From Octopus sinensis (taxonomy: Eukaryota), in assembly GCF_006345805.1 (NCBI RefSeq), contig NW_021832986.1, positions 5,054 through 69,053 on the forward strand: 64,000 nt of DNA. The letters run 5' to 3'. The notes under the pieces are model-generated. The model worked only from the letters and a program-made list of their open reading frames with translations, was not told the origin of the DNA and made no database searches. Below are positions 1 to 10,609 of this stretch, one piece after another (the first letter of the stretch is position 1; each line of letters begins with the position of its first letter). A program made the translations under genes and the position numbers.

Positions 1-338
1 ATAATAATACCCATCCAGAAACCGGGCAAACGACGGGGACCCTGTGGAGCCTGAGACCGGTTGTATTAGTCACCTCTCTAAGGAAAACTTAATCGACTAT
101 TGTTCAAAGTCGAATATCAAGATCAGTTGATCGTTATCTCTCTTGCAGTCAGAGTGGCTTCAGGCCTGGAAGATCCACGGCCGATATTGTTTGGACCCAT
201 CGCTGGATCAATGCAATATGTCAGAAGTATAAACGATCCTTTCATGTCCTGGGAATCGACATGAGCAAAGCTTTTGATAGCATCAACAGGAGTAAACTTC
301 TTATCATGTTAAAGAACATTGTAGATGAAAACAGTCTA
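1..338 (+). mobile_element. Degenerate RTE-type non-LTR retrotransposon RT fragment
   Basis: Translates with a frameshift and stop to PIQKPGK...LRPVVL...SQSGFRPGRSTADIVWTHRW...LGIDMSKAFDSINR, closely matching the RT at 42933-44180. Confidence 0.9.
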
Positions 339-1042
339 CTGTAACACTAATTAAATCAAAAAAATTGAAACAAAAATACAAAAAATTAAAAAAACATATA
401 AAACCAAAACAAAAAACTCAGATATTATTAGGAATATGTACACCGATTTTAAAACACAAAATATAGATCTCTTCAACTTGGTTATCACACTATTGATCCA
501 TTCATAATAAAACCTTCCACATTTTAAATCGAAATACAAGCAAGAAGGGACATTTTATTTATTTAAATTCTCAAGAGCACAAACATCCATATTTTACTAA
601 AATAAATTGCAAATATAAAAATAAACAATAAAATACTAAAAAATCGAAATAAACAAAAAATACTAGAAACAAATAAATTTAATTTAAAAATTCACATGAA
701 TGAAGATTAATTAATAAAATCAATACAAATTCACTTGCAAAATAAACTTTATCAATGATATTTTACCAGTAGTCAATTTAATTAATCTTCAAACAAATAA
801 AAAAAACAAAATATTTTTAAAATAAACCATTAATAGCGAAAAAGTATAAAATAAAAATTAGCAACAAGAAGCACAGCACAGAAAAAAAAATAACGTTCTT
901 AAAACGTGATAATTTATTGTAATTAATTCGATAAATTTAGAACTTTTAAAAAATTAAATAAATAACATTTAATATTGTCAGTCCTTAGGTGCCACCGACG
1001 TCGCGGAATCGATCCGATCCGACAGTTTCTAGTTTTGAGGAC

Positions 1043-1113
1043 AAACTCGATTCCTTTCATCGTAAACAACTCCGACTGTTGCTTGGCATCAATTAACTAA
1101 AGAAAATAACAAA
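1043..1113 (+). mobile_element. RTE C-terminal fragment
   Basis: KLDSFHRKQLRLLLGIN*LKKIT matches SLDAFHRRQLRILIGINWPKKIK of the RTE at 42933-44180. Confidence 0.7.
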
Positions 1114-1147
1114 CAAGAATCCATACAAACATTATTAATAATCTTTC

Positions 1148-1501
1148 ATGGATCGTGATCTTCGAAAGAAAAAAACCAAAATTCTGTTTGTTGTGGATCA
1201 ATGCTCTTTACATCAAATTTATTCGAATTTAATATCAATCGAAGTGCTATACTTTCCAGCAAAAACGACTACAATCCTACAACCAATGGATCAGGGAATT
1301 ATCCTCTCATTTAAATCAAACTGTAACAAATTTAAATTTGAGGCGATGTTAGACAAAATTCACAATGAAACTGATCCTGTTTATTCACATAAGAAGCTGA
1401 ATTTAAAAAAAACGGATTTCTGTTTTCGCATTTTGGATGGAACAATGTTACTCAAAAAACAATTGCAAATTGTTTCAACCATGCCAAAAGATTATATGTG
1501 A
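1148..1501 (+). mobile_element. Tigger/pogo DDE_1 transposase fragment
   Basis: KILFVVDQCSLH...YFPAKTTTILQPMDQGIILSFK, the DDE_1 motif pattern. Confidence 0.85.
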
Positions 1502-2350
1502 AGATAAAAAGCCAGAAACAGATTTAAGAATCTAAAAATACAATAAAATGATCACGACGCTTAAAATTCTTGATCCAATAGAACAAACTGAATTTATTGC
1601 AAATCAAATTTTGATTTTTTAAAACAGAGATCAAAAATTCCGATTTAATTTTTGAGATTAAGTCGGGTTTGTAGTTGTTATCATGCCTAATAACGACATT
1701 CCCATATGTTTGCTGCTATCGTAATAAAAATATCTTATTATCTGCAGTCGTAGCTTAAAAAATAAATCTAATTTTTTATTTTAGATAACTTAAAAATACG
1801 GCATCATTCAGCATTCGGACGTAAATGAATTAGTACCAGAGTACAATTTAAGAATTCTAAAGGCACCCTTGAGAAGATTGTAAACGAGAGCAAATAATGA
1901 AGACCCACAGAAGCAATAAAGTGTAGAACATTTTTATCTACTGTTCCACCTACGTCATCAAGGGGAATTCATAAGAGATTGCATTTATGGACTTTTTCTC
2001 CAATGTGATTTTCTAAGATTTTTACTTTTTAAAAGGGGACATCGCTTTTTTATTTTTCTGATGAATATTATATTAGTTTTAGATTGTATATCTTATATAT
2101 TGTTTTATATTTTTTACTTATATGGGAATAACCAACTCCAAAACTGTCACATTGGTGGCCAGACTATAGGGTCCCACACAGTAGTGGTCAAACGTAATTC
2201 ACAGACCAATCCGAAACAAATAATTTCATTTAAAAAACACTCATCTACGTCTAGCAAGATATACAAGACAACTTTGGGATATCCCTACAGGTGGGCTACA
2301 CATAGAAAGAGAAGTCTGTTCATACAAATTGGAATAAAACACAATAAAAA

Positions 2351-2845
2351 CTATTTCCTATTCAGTTGACATACCCTCTTAGACAAATTGAGTCCTCTCT
2401 CAGAATTCTCGATGGGATTCCTCTTTCCTTCGTTAAAAGAGCTCATAAAGGGGTGCTCGGTGAACACCATGCAAAACCTGTTGAAAATATATTCAAATAA
2501 CAACCGTCCAAGACATTGAATGGTGCCGCTTTTCGGTACATAGAGAGTGAGGCAATTCCGGTAGAGAGTCACATATCTGCCATCTCACTGCATATACCAA
2601 CCCTCGGTTGATGCGGAGAATATCGGAGGGGTGGATGTATTTTCCTATCTCTCCAAACACGCACATGTTGATAGATCCTCCACGATCGGCCACTTGCATT
2701 ATTCGCAGTTGTCCCCCTTCTTTGGTAGGAACCGCTCGCTCTGCAGTAAGACAAGTCTGGAACCTATTCTTAGAACTATGATGGAGAGGGATAGATTTTT
2801 CATTCCATCTTTGATGTCTCTGATAGTTAAATTGCCGTTATTCAT
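2351..2845 (-). CDS. NABP: SOSS complex subunit B (hSSB1/NABP-like OB-fold ssDNA-binding protein)
   Basis: Removing introns 2741-2763 (23 nt), 2577-2601 (25 nt) and 2478-2504 (27 nt) gives MNNGNLTIRDIKDGMKNLSLSIIVL...VADRGGSINMCVFGEIGKYIHPSDILRINRGYVTLYRNCLTLY...FCMVFTEHP. The 3' end is uncertain. Confidence 0.9.
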
Positions 2846-4122
2846 ATCGCCATCACAACAACACTGTCTAACTTGCTAATAATATATTTCATTAAATGAA
2901 TCCACATTTAATTTATTAATTTACAGATCCTCCCTGTGAACTCCCTGATCGAAATATTCAATTACTTGCAACTGTCGAACTTGATCTCTTTCCAACGCAT
3001 ATGGCGATACTTCAACCTATTGTTGCAACAGTAATCGTTTACTAGTTATCTTAGCCATTTTTAGGGCTTGTTATTTTTTTGGGCATTTATGCGAGGGAAA
3101 TTATACCAAACACCTCCACCATCAAACAATCTTTGTCCGGTTGTGCTATGGAGTTGATCTTTTCCAAAAAACCAACGCTGTACATGCCTCTTACTGTTTC
3201 AGGGACTCGACTCCCTGTTTTCCCGGGACCTACTGACCGATGACGTCAAGAGCATTGCTCGCTTCCTTCTCAAGTCGTCCATTCGTAGCTTCGCCAAACT
3301 GTTGTTACTCGTCGGAAGGTTTCCTTAAAGTGGCCCGTCTTTAGGTTTGACGTGTTAGAATGCTTTATGACGCAACTTGATCTATCAGGCCAGCTCCTCC
3401 CAGTGCCATGAGGGACTTTTTCTCAAGTCTTCAATTCTCTGTTGAATGCAATGGCTGGGTCAATGACTTTATTTTTAAATTGCCTGACGTTTCTGCAGTT
3501 TTAACCTGGCTGGATTTATTGCTGTTTATTAACCATCCTCCTGTCAATCTGGCGACGTCCACATCAGTGCTTTTCAGGCACTGGTATAGAATGGTTTCTT
3601 CTCAAATTTCTCTAGCAGGTGTACAAATTGAATCTCTTTCAGTTCCTTAAATGTCAATCCCATCGCTTTGGCAATTTTGTACTTTAAAAAAACGAAATTC
3701 ACATTTGTATTCATATGTGTTGTTCTTTTTTGTATGGCCCTTCGTATTTCTGCTCTTCTTAAGTTGTTGGCTTTGTGTTCAATGTTTTCAAAAAAACTGT
3801 AGCAGCATTTGTTTAATTTTATTGCACATAGAGAATAAGACCCCGACCAGTTTATCTTTTGTGAAATATGATTTTTGCTAATGTTTTTTGATTGTCCGTT
3901 AGGATTTGCATATAAATTACTTTTAGAAAGATTACAAATCGAACTTTAAAATTCGAAAATATATAGCGTAGTCACAAAACAGAAAAACAATTATCTGAAA
4001 TAAATAGACTATCCAAGAAAATAAAAAATAGTTAATTTTATACTTATAAAGAAAAATTTCGAATCACATCCTAAAAATTTGACGACAAAACTTTAGACAA
4101 AAATATCATTTACCACCGCCAA

Positions 4123-4209
4123 ATCGGCTGGCTGTACCAGAGGATATCGATCGCAATCTTGCGAGGTAACTCGCTTGCAATCCGAGGTGCAGCCACTGCT
4201 GACACTTAA
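4123..4209 (+). mobile_element. CRE-like retrotransposon extreme 3' fragment
   Basis: IGWLYQRISIAILRGNSLAIRGAATADT*, the C-terminus of the restriction-like endonuclease (RLE). Confidence 0.75.
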
Positions 4210-5273
4210 TTAGTTATTTTGAAGAACTCTTTTTCGATTATAACAAATTTTGTATTAAAAAAAAATATATCATTTAAATCTAAAAAAATCGGAAGTAAAA
4301 TTAAATGGGTCTAATGAGGGTTCTTCGTGCAAATAAAAATCAACAAACCAACCTGTTTAACGAAAGAGAGAGTTACGAAAATTTCAATGACTATCGGCTG
4401 GAAGATAAAGTCTTCGCTGAGTTCTGGTATTTTGTTAGCTCTGTTTTTTTGTATGCTTTTGCTGCTAACTTTGGATCAGAAGCCGAGTTAGCGAGATTGA
4501 ATTTCGAGAATGCGTTCCATTTTCACAGAAGAGCATAGGGGATTCCAATTAAGCTGGAATGTACTCGGAATCAAAGGCGTGATTTTGTTGAGTGATTTTG
4601 TTGAGTGCTTTATGTCTCGGAAAATTCCCTGTACTGCGCCTACAAGAGAACATATCTGCCCAGTTCATTTAGAGTCGATCCACATTTGCATCCGCATGGA
4701 GAGCATATTTTAAAAAATAGATGTAGGCATATACCAACACGTAAACTCTCGTTATCAAGCTTGCAACCAATCAAAGAAAGTAAGCAGGCTTATAAAAAAA
4801 CTTCAACTCGCAAAAGATATGGAAACACAAAGTGACCACCTGTTGCTTGCAAGAGATAAAAATAGCAGAAAAAGGAAGCTCTAAGATGGCAGATTACACG
4901 CTTATTATTCTTCCAAAGATCTGTCGTCACTACGGGATTTGTAATCAATTGAAATTTAAACAAAAACGTATCCAGGGTGTGGTCCGTCTTGAATAAAATT
5001 TCATTGCTTCAAATTATAATATGTACGCGCAAATAACAGGGGGGCATTGAAACGCCTATGTGGAAAGATATTAATTCTATCGCTAGAAAAACTTAATTAA
5101 TAGCTAAATATAAAAGAATAAAAGTAATGTAAATTTTCTTATAGTTTTATAAGATAAATATAATTAATAAGTATAAAAATTAAATCTATTATATTTGTTA
5201 CTATGCATACAAATAAACAACCCTGTTTTTAACTGATAGAATAATTGTTGCCCTCCGAAAATCATTTTTGTAT

Positions 5274-5462
5274 GTCGCTTCTCGGCCTTTTGGCTAAGAT
5301 CAAAGTGTAGTATCTGTTCTTTCCAGCTTTATATCTGGGACGCCCTTACACGGGGCAAGATATAATGCTTATTTTTGTGCCTTGGTATGTGCTGCGAAGC
5401 TTGCTTCCTCCATACCGCGCGTCCTCCCGGTATTGCAGTACTTCCGGGTTGGGCGCATTCCC
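5274..5462 (+). ncRNA. RNU2: U2 spliceosomal snRNA
   Basis: Starts GTCGCTTCTCGGCCTTTTGGCTAAGATCAAAGTGTAGTATCTGTTC, with the branch-site recognition sequence GTGTAGTA, an Sm site ATTTTTG and the stem IV loop ATTGCAGTAC. Confidence 0.97.
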
Positions 5463-5679
5463 TTTTGGGAGTTTTTATTATTTAAATCTACTTATGCAAA
5501 CTAAATGGGTTGTTTAACTCTCGTTGTTGTGGTGTTGTAATTTACACAATGGGGAAAGACCTGGCACCCTACCCCGTTTCTTCTTGTTGCTTTGCAAATT
5601 TTTCTGACAAATCCTTCACGGATCCTTCTGCCCAAATTGTCAATAACGTTAACCCTTTTCCTACTAATCTGCGCGAATC

Positions 5680-6012
5680 TTGAACACTGTCCAAAGCTCA
5701 CAGCAAAAGAGTAGACTCACTGGAATTATAGTGCTGGCGCAAACTTTTGAACATAAATTGGTAGAACCTACACTGTCGCTTGTGGCGAAAGTTTGGAAGC
5801 AACAATTATCATATTTGGGGCACGTACTTCGGGGGAATGGTATAGGAAAAGAAATCCTGCTGTCTTCGTTCGCTGGAAAAAGGAAGTGAAACTTACCGGA
5901 CATCATTTGTCGGAATTAGCAGAGCTGGTGGGGGATAGAGTTTCGTGGAGGGACTTGTCTTACAGAATCGCCAATGGCCGGAATCGGCTGATTATGGCTT
6001 AACTTAACTTTT
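5680..6012 (+). mobile_element. RTE-clade LINE 3' end
   Basis: KQQLSYLGHVLRG...FAGKR...RWKKEV...DRVSWR, followed by a short (TTAAC)n tail. Confidence 0.75.
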
Positions 6013-6022
6013 CAAGTTAAAG

Positions 6023-6433
6023 TTAAAGAATTTTTTGAGGTACAGCTAGACCATCTGTGAGCTGCCGTCTTTTTACGACACTGTCACCACGCAGGATAGC
6101 TAAGTGTTTAGTACGCGGTATGAAATGTTTCTCTTCCATGCCTGTGTCTTCATTGCGGATAAAAACGATGCATTTATTCTTCTGAACGCCCTTGAAATCA
6201 ACAATACTATCAATCTTAGCAATTTCAGCATCTTCTCCCTGTCGACACGCTTTCAAAAAGCTTGGCAACTTGAGGAATACCACCGGTAATATCCTTTGTT
6301 CTACTCGCACCACGAGGCAAACGTGCCAAAATTTCACCAGCGCTAGCGCTCTGTCCATCACCGACAGAAATAAAAGCCCTTGAAGGAATGGCATAGTTAC
6401 CAATCAGTTGTTTCTCTCTGCATCATCTGCAAC
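6023..6433 (-). pseudogene. rpoC: Decayed fragment of a bacterial RNA polymerase beta' subunit, Chlamydiae-like
   Basis: With two frameshifts it reads [135 protein letters not shown]. This includes the rpoC motif KDITGG(L)P. Confidence 0.9.
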
Positions 6434-7108
6434 GTGGTTAACAAAAAGAAGAGGGGCCGATCTTTCTCTTCTTGTACGCAGTTCTTTCACCTTTCACGCG
6501 TTTCTCTAGCTCGCCTCACGTCAGAACGCCTTCCAACCTGGGTCTGTCGCGCCTGTCTTTCTGGCGCCTCATCATTGCCATCCCCTCTTGCCATTTCTTG
6601 TTCTTGCCATTCTCCTGACCACTTCCCTTTTCCCGACTCCATCCCCATTTCTGAGACCTGTTCTATCTCTTTCGTTCTCAAATCTATCAAACTTTTCCGC
6701 CGTCTCCGGCCAATCCTAAGGCTCCTCGTACCCTGGCAACTTCCTCCTTGTCCTTAGCTTCTGATGGGCAATCCGATTGGCTTAAATTGTTTGGTTTTGC
6801 TTCTTTTGGCCTCGGGTTTCTTTCAGCCCGAGACCGTAATAAAACCTCCTCTCCTTCGCTATCCACGATTGTTAAACAAGAACTGGGTTTGTACGATCTG
6901 AATTGTTTTTCTCTTCGCTGGCTTGAGGACTATCTCGCTAAATCAGAGCCGTCCACTAGCCACTTCAACAACAGAAAAAGTTAAAATAAAAATTTTCCTA
7001 CTTGACAGAAATAAATAAATTCATTAAAACCTAAATGAAAAATGACCATCTAGCACCCCATTTTATTTTAAGAACTTCAAAATTAATAACGGATATCAAA
7101 AAACAATT

Positions 7109-7532
7109 GGGAAAAGACCCGATGGAATGACCACTTTTCCCTACTCCTGTGGAAAATCGTTGGTTTGGGATTCAACGTGTGTTGACACCCATTCCAAAAC
7201 TAATATGATCTCTTCTGCTGTTTCTCCAGGTTCTGCAGCAGATGCTGCAGAGCAGAGAAAAATTGCCAAATACGCAAATCTTGGACAACGGTACCGCTTC
7301 GTACCTATCGCTGTGGAGACTTCTGGGGTAACCGGCCCTCTTACGACTTCTTTCATCAGAGAAGTCGGAGAAAAAGTTGCTAGGCGACGTGGGGAGCCTC
7401 GAGAAGTGTCATGGTTATTCCAACAAATTGGAATAGCTGTCGTTCGCGGCAATGCACACTCCATCATGCGTGCAACTGAAGTGCCTTTTAATCATTGACT
7501 AACTTAATAAAATAAAACAATAAAGTAAAAAA
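7109..7532 (+). mobile_element. 5'-truncated CRE-like retrotransposon (RLE domain plus A-tail)
   Basis: GKRPDGMTTFPYSCGKSLVWDSTCVDT...FVPIAVETSG...IAVVRGNA. Has an A-rich tail and a candidate TSD AAAAAACAATT at 7098-7108 and 7533-7543. Confidence 0.9.
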
Positions 7533-7734
7533 AAAAAACAATTAGTAAAATAATCAAAAAATTCACTAATTTAGTAAATCAATAATCGATTAAAATTATT
7601 TTTATCAAGGGTCAAATTGATAATAAAAAGTTCTTTTGATGAATTAATTTATGTTATTAAGAAAATAGTATAAAGAGTAATAAGAAAAAAATGAAAATTA
7701 TTTTAGCACCTGATTCTATCTATTTGGTATCTAT

Positions 7735-8000
7735 CATTTTGTCTAAACTAAAAGTCAATTTTCAACACGATATGCGTAAAAGTTGAATTAGATGTTCATC
7801 AGTCAATCGGTTTCGATTTTTTATTTCCATAAGTTTGCTTAAGATAACATTACACGCATACGTTGATCCGAAAACTGATGTACTTTTTATGGGACAGAGT
7901 TTGGATATTTCCACTGTGAGATTCGACTCCAAAATTTTAATAACTCATCTTACATAAATACCGCAGTAAGTTGTAAATCTGACTGTATTTCAGGTAGCTT
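7735..8000 (-). mobile_element. Degenerate hAT transposase C-terminal (dimerisation) fragment
   Basis: Across frames: LLKFWSRISQWKYPN...VFGSTYAC...KNRNRLTDEHLIQLLRI. Confidence 0.75.
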
Positions 8001-8334
8001 CAGATACGTATGGGGTGGTTGCAGCGTTTGTTTTGAAAAAAATATTTTCATAATAGGTATAGAAAGAATTTATGAATAGCTGGCAGATATGCTCTTAACT
8101 CTCCGACAAATATATCATTACTTACCTTTAGTCTTGGAATTGTTTTTAATTTCTGAAAAACAATTTGTAGATGCTTCATAAATTATCCTTCTAAATAAGT
8201 TGTTGTAAAACATCACAAAGAATATTAATTAAAATTTACTGCAAAAAATATTTTATGTAGAAACAATAGTTGAAATATGTTTCACCAAAATGATTTGTAT
8301 ATTTTTTATAATTTTAAGCGGGCCAGATTTATTA

Positions 8335-8942
8335 TGTCGCGAGCGCAGCGAGCGACCGAGCGCAGCGAGCGACCACTCAATTTCTAGATCCGATCAATCA
8401 AAAAATCTATAAATTGACAAATACCCAGGCTTGTATTTGGGATTAAATATATTCGATAACAAAAATTAAAATCGATGCCAAAGCAGAATGAGCTTTAAAA
8501 CCGATTTCATAAATAAAAATAATATTTTAAAATTTATAATTGATATTTTACAATAATGAGAAAAAATCTAAATGCTTCATAATTTATAAAAATGTCAAAA
8601 CAAGAATCTTCTGAAGGAGCAAGCCTGTCTGCACAGTTCATTTTTGATTAGAAGACCTAATTTTAGAGATTAAAACGAAAAAATAGCAATGAGATCTGTC
8701 AAATTATTACCCCCCTCACAACCTAAACCAAATTAGCGTTCAGTATTCATTGATTTTACTTTTTCTATTAAGGTCTACTTATAAATTATTTTATGGGATT
8801 CAATGGAAAACTTAAGTTATTTCAATTTTAATTTTAAATCATGTTAAAATTTTAAATAATTTAATAAATATATTTGTTGATGATAGGCTTGTTAGGTGTC
8901 AAAGTCGCGTCTAGCGCTCGGTCGCGCGCTGCGCTCGCGACA
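8335..8942. mobile_element. Non-autonomous Ginger-like TIR element
   Basis: About 30-bp TIRs starting TGTCGCGAGCGCAGC and ending GCTGCGCTCGCGACA, with the 5-bp TSD TATTA at 8330-8334 and 8943-8947. Confidence 0.85.
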
Positions 8943-9029
8943 TATTATAACAACTGATCACGCGGCAATAAGAACAAAAATAAATGATTCCATAATATTA
9001 AGTAGTGTTAATCTATAGAACTTAATTAG

Positions 9030-9330
9030 TTAATGGCCTAAAGAGACGCTCGGCCACCCCCGCGAATAGCAAAACCATTCCCACGGATCACAGCAATCTA
9101 CAGACGTTCCAAGAGCCAAGATAACTCTCTCGAATCGTGTCTTATCCTTGATATCCGTCGATCGAACGAACAAAAGAAGCGGAGCGTCGTGGCGTTGAAG
9201 ATCCCCGAAAAATCCAACGCAATTGGAGTAAAAAAAGTGAGTATGAGAGATGGCCATACTTTAGAATCTTGCGATTCTCGGCCAGCCTCGACGCGTACCC
9301 AGGATCAACAGCGGACAAGGCAAGATTTCT
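9030..9330 (-). mobile_element. CRE-like retrotransposon 3' fragment
   Basis: LALSAVDPGYASRLAENRKILKY...ELSWLLERL*IAVIRGNGFAIRGG. Its DNA is close to the copy at 45711-45808. Confidence 0.85.
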
Positions 9331-9699
9331 GCGCAAAGAGAAGAGAAGAAGCGCTTTACGCGGGGCGAATAGGCAAACAATTCCAGCGAATAATTGACAA
9401 AGAAACACGCAAAAACAACCAGCTAGTTTTTTGGGTGTTGCATGTTTTGCATGCTCTTTTGAGAAAGCCCACCAAGAAAATAAATTCGCGTTCGTTCACT
9501 CTAAGAATACATCTGGTTTTGATAGCAATAGGAGTCAGCATAAAGTCTTTGCTGATAGTTAAGTATAAATATTATTTGGTCAAATTTTGATATCAATTTG
9601 TAGTTCTATATGAGATGGACAAAATATGTTATTAGTTAGTGTTGGTAGGCAATTGCAAACTATTATTAAATAAACAGTTTTTACTGTAGGATTCTTGAG

Positions 9700-10290
9700 T
9701 CTGTATAGTTGAATTAGACAGCATAACAAAATTTTTTTAAAAGTATCCTTGTGTGGTTTAAAAATTGGAAGCTAAAACGAAATAATAAATTAAAACAAAC
9801 CTAAATGGTTGTCAGTATTTTCAAAGAAACAGAGATGTTGATCAGAAAACATAAGGATACTTAAATGATTTCTTAAATACTTTATCTTACATAGCTTATT
9901 ACTCCTTAAATTGAACGGAATAAAAACTGATCCTCTCGGCATAACTCTAGAAATCGAATTAATTATATTTGTGAAACATGTAAGTAACTGGAACACCAGA
10001 AAAAGTATTGATATTGATGTAATTAAGCAATCTCATTCAAACAGACGGCAATAAAATATAAATAATATACATGTTCGATAACGATTTTAGTCTTTCAAAC
10101 GAATCTTCAACTAGTTTATACAGAGAGTGACTAACGCATCGACTATATATAATTTCCAAAATGTACAATATTTTAAGAGAAATCAATTTTTAATTCGTTG
10201 ATTTTCTGTAAATGTGACGCCATCAAAAATGTTGATCACCTTCAAATCATCATCTTTAATTGTTTCACTCTGTAAATTTACTTAATCTTT
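9700..10290 (-). CDS. Multi-exon LRR-like protein, paralogue A (one apparent frameshift)
   Basis: GVTFTENQR...SHSLYKLVEDSFERLKSLSN...INTFSGVP. Exon sequence and mini-intron positions are shared with the gene at 54016-54730. Boundaries approximate. Confidence 0.55.
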
Positions 10291-10609
10291 CTAAAAATAG
10301 AATATGAGCATGTCGACTTTAATTAACAAGTTTAGTAAACAATCTACTTTTAATGACTTGATTGATTTTGCAATTTTTAACAGGAATTAATTTCAATTAC
10401 TATAAATTGATGTTTGTACTATAAAAGAGAAAAATTGTTGAATAATTTTCATAGTCATTATAAAATTTCGTATAAAAATGTGACTATAAAAAATTACATT
10501 TATATTTTAATTTGTTTATATTCAATAAAATTTTCGTTAATAACACAATAATAAATACATTATTAAAAATCATTCTCTAGTGTTATTTTCTATTTAATCA
10601 TTATCTGAG

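Noticed and set aside
2900-3150. Small gene head-to-head with NABP
   Set aside because: A short spliced reading frame is possible, but it has no clear start or family support.
4305-4835. Three overlapping ORFs as one gene
   Set aside because: I found no recognisable motif and no convincing splice model.
5274-6012. U2-targeting retrotransposon (Utopia/Keno) insertion
   Set aside because: U2 is uninterrupted, and the nearby element is an RTE-type 3' end more than 150 bp downstream.
6023-6403. ORF with a GDS motif as a LINE ORF1 SGNH esterase
   Set aside because: The adjacent frames give the rpoC signature LARLPR...KDITGG.P and a continuous RpoC alignment.
6440-6960. Purine-biased block next to rpoC as further bacterial DNA
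   Set aside because: It shows no continuation of RpoC and no recognisable protein, and is probably low-complexity transposon-derived sequence.
9790-9996. ORF resembling a degenerate RT (VMPRGSVF...MFSDQ)
   Set aside because: It is better explained as exons and introns of the LRR-like gene, which align with the paralogue at 54 kb.
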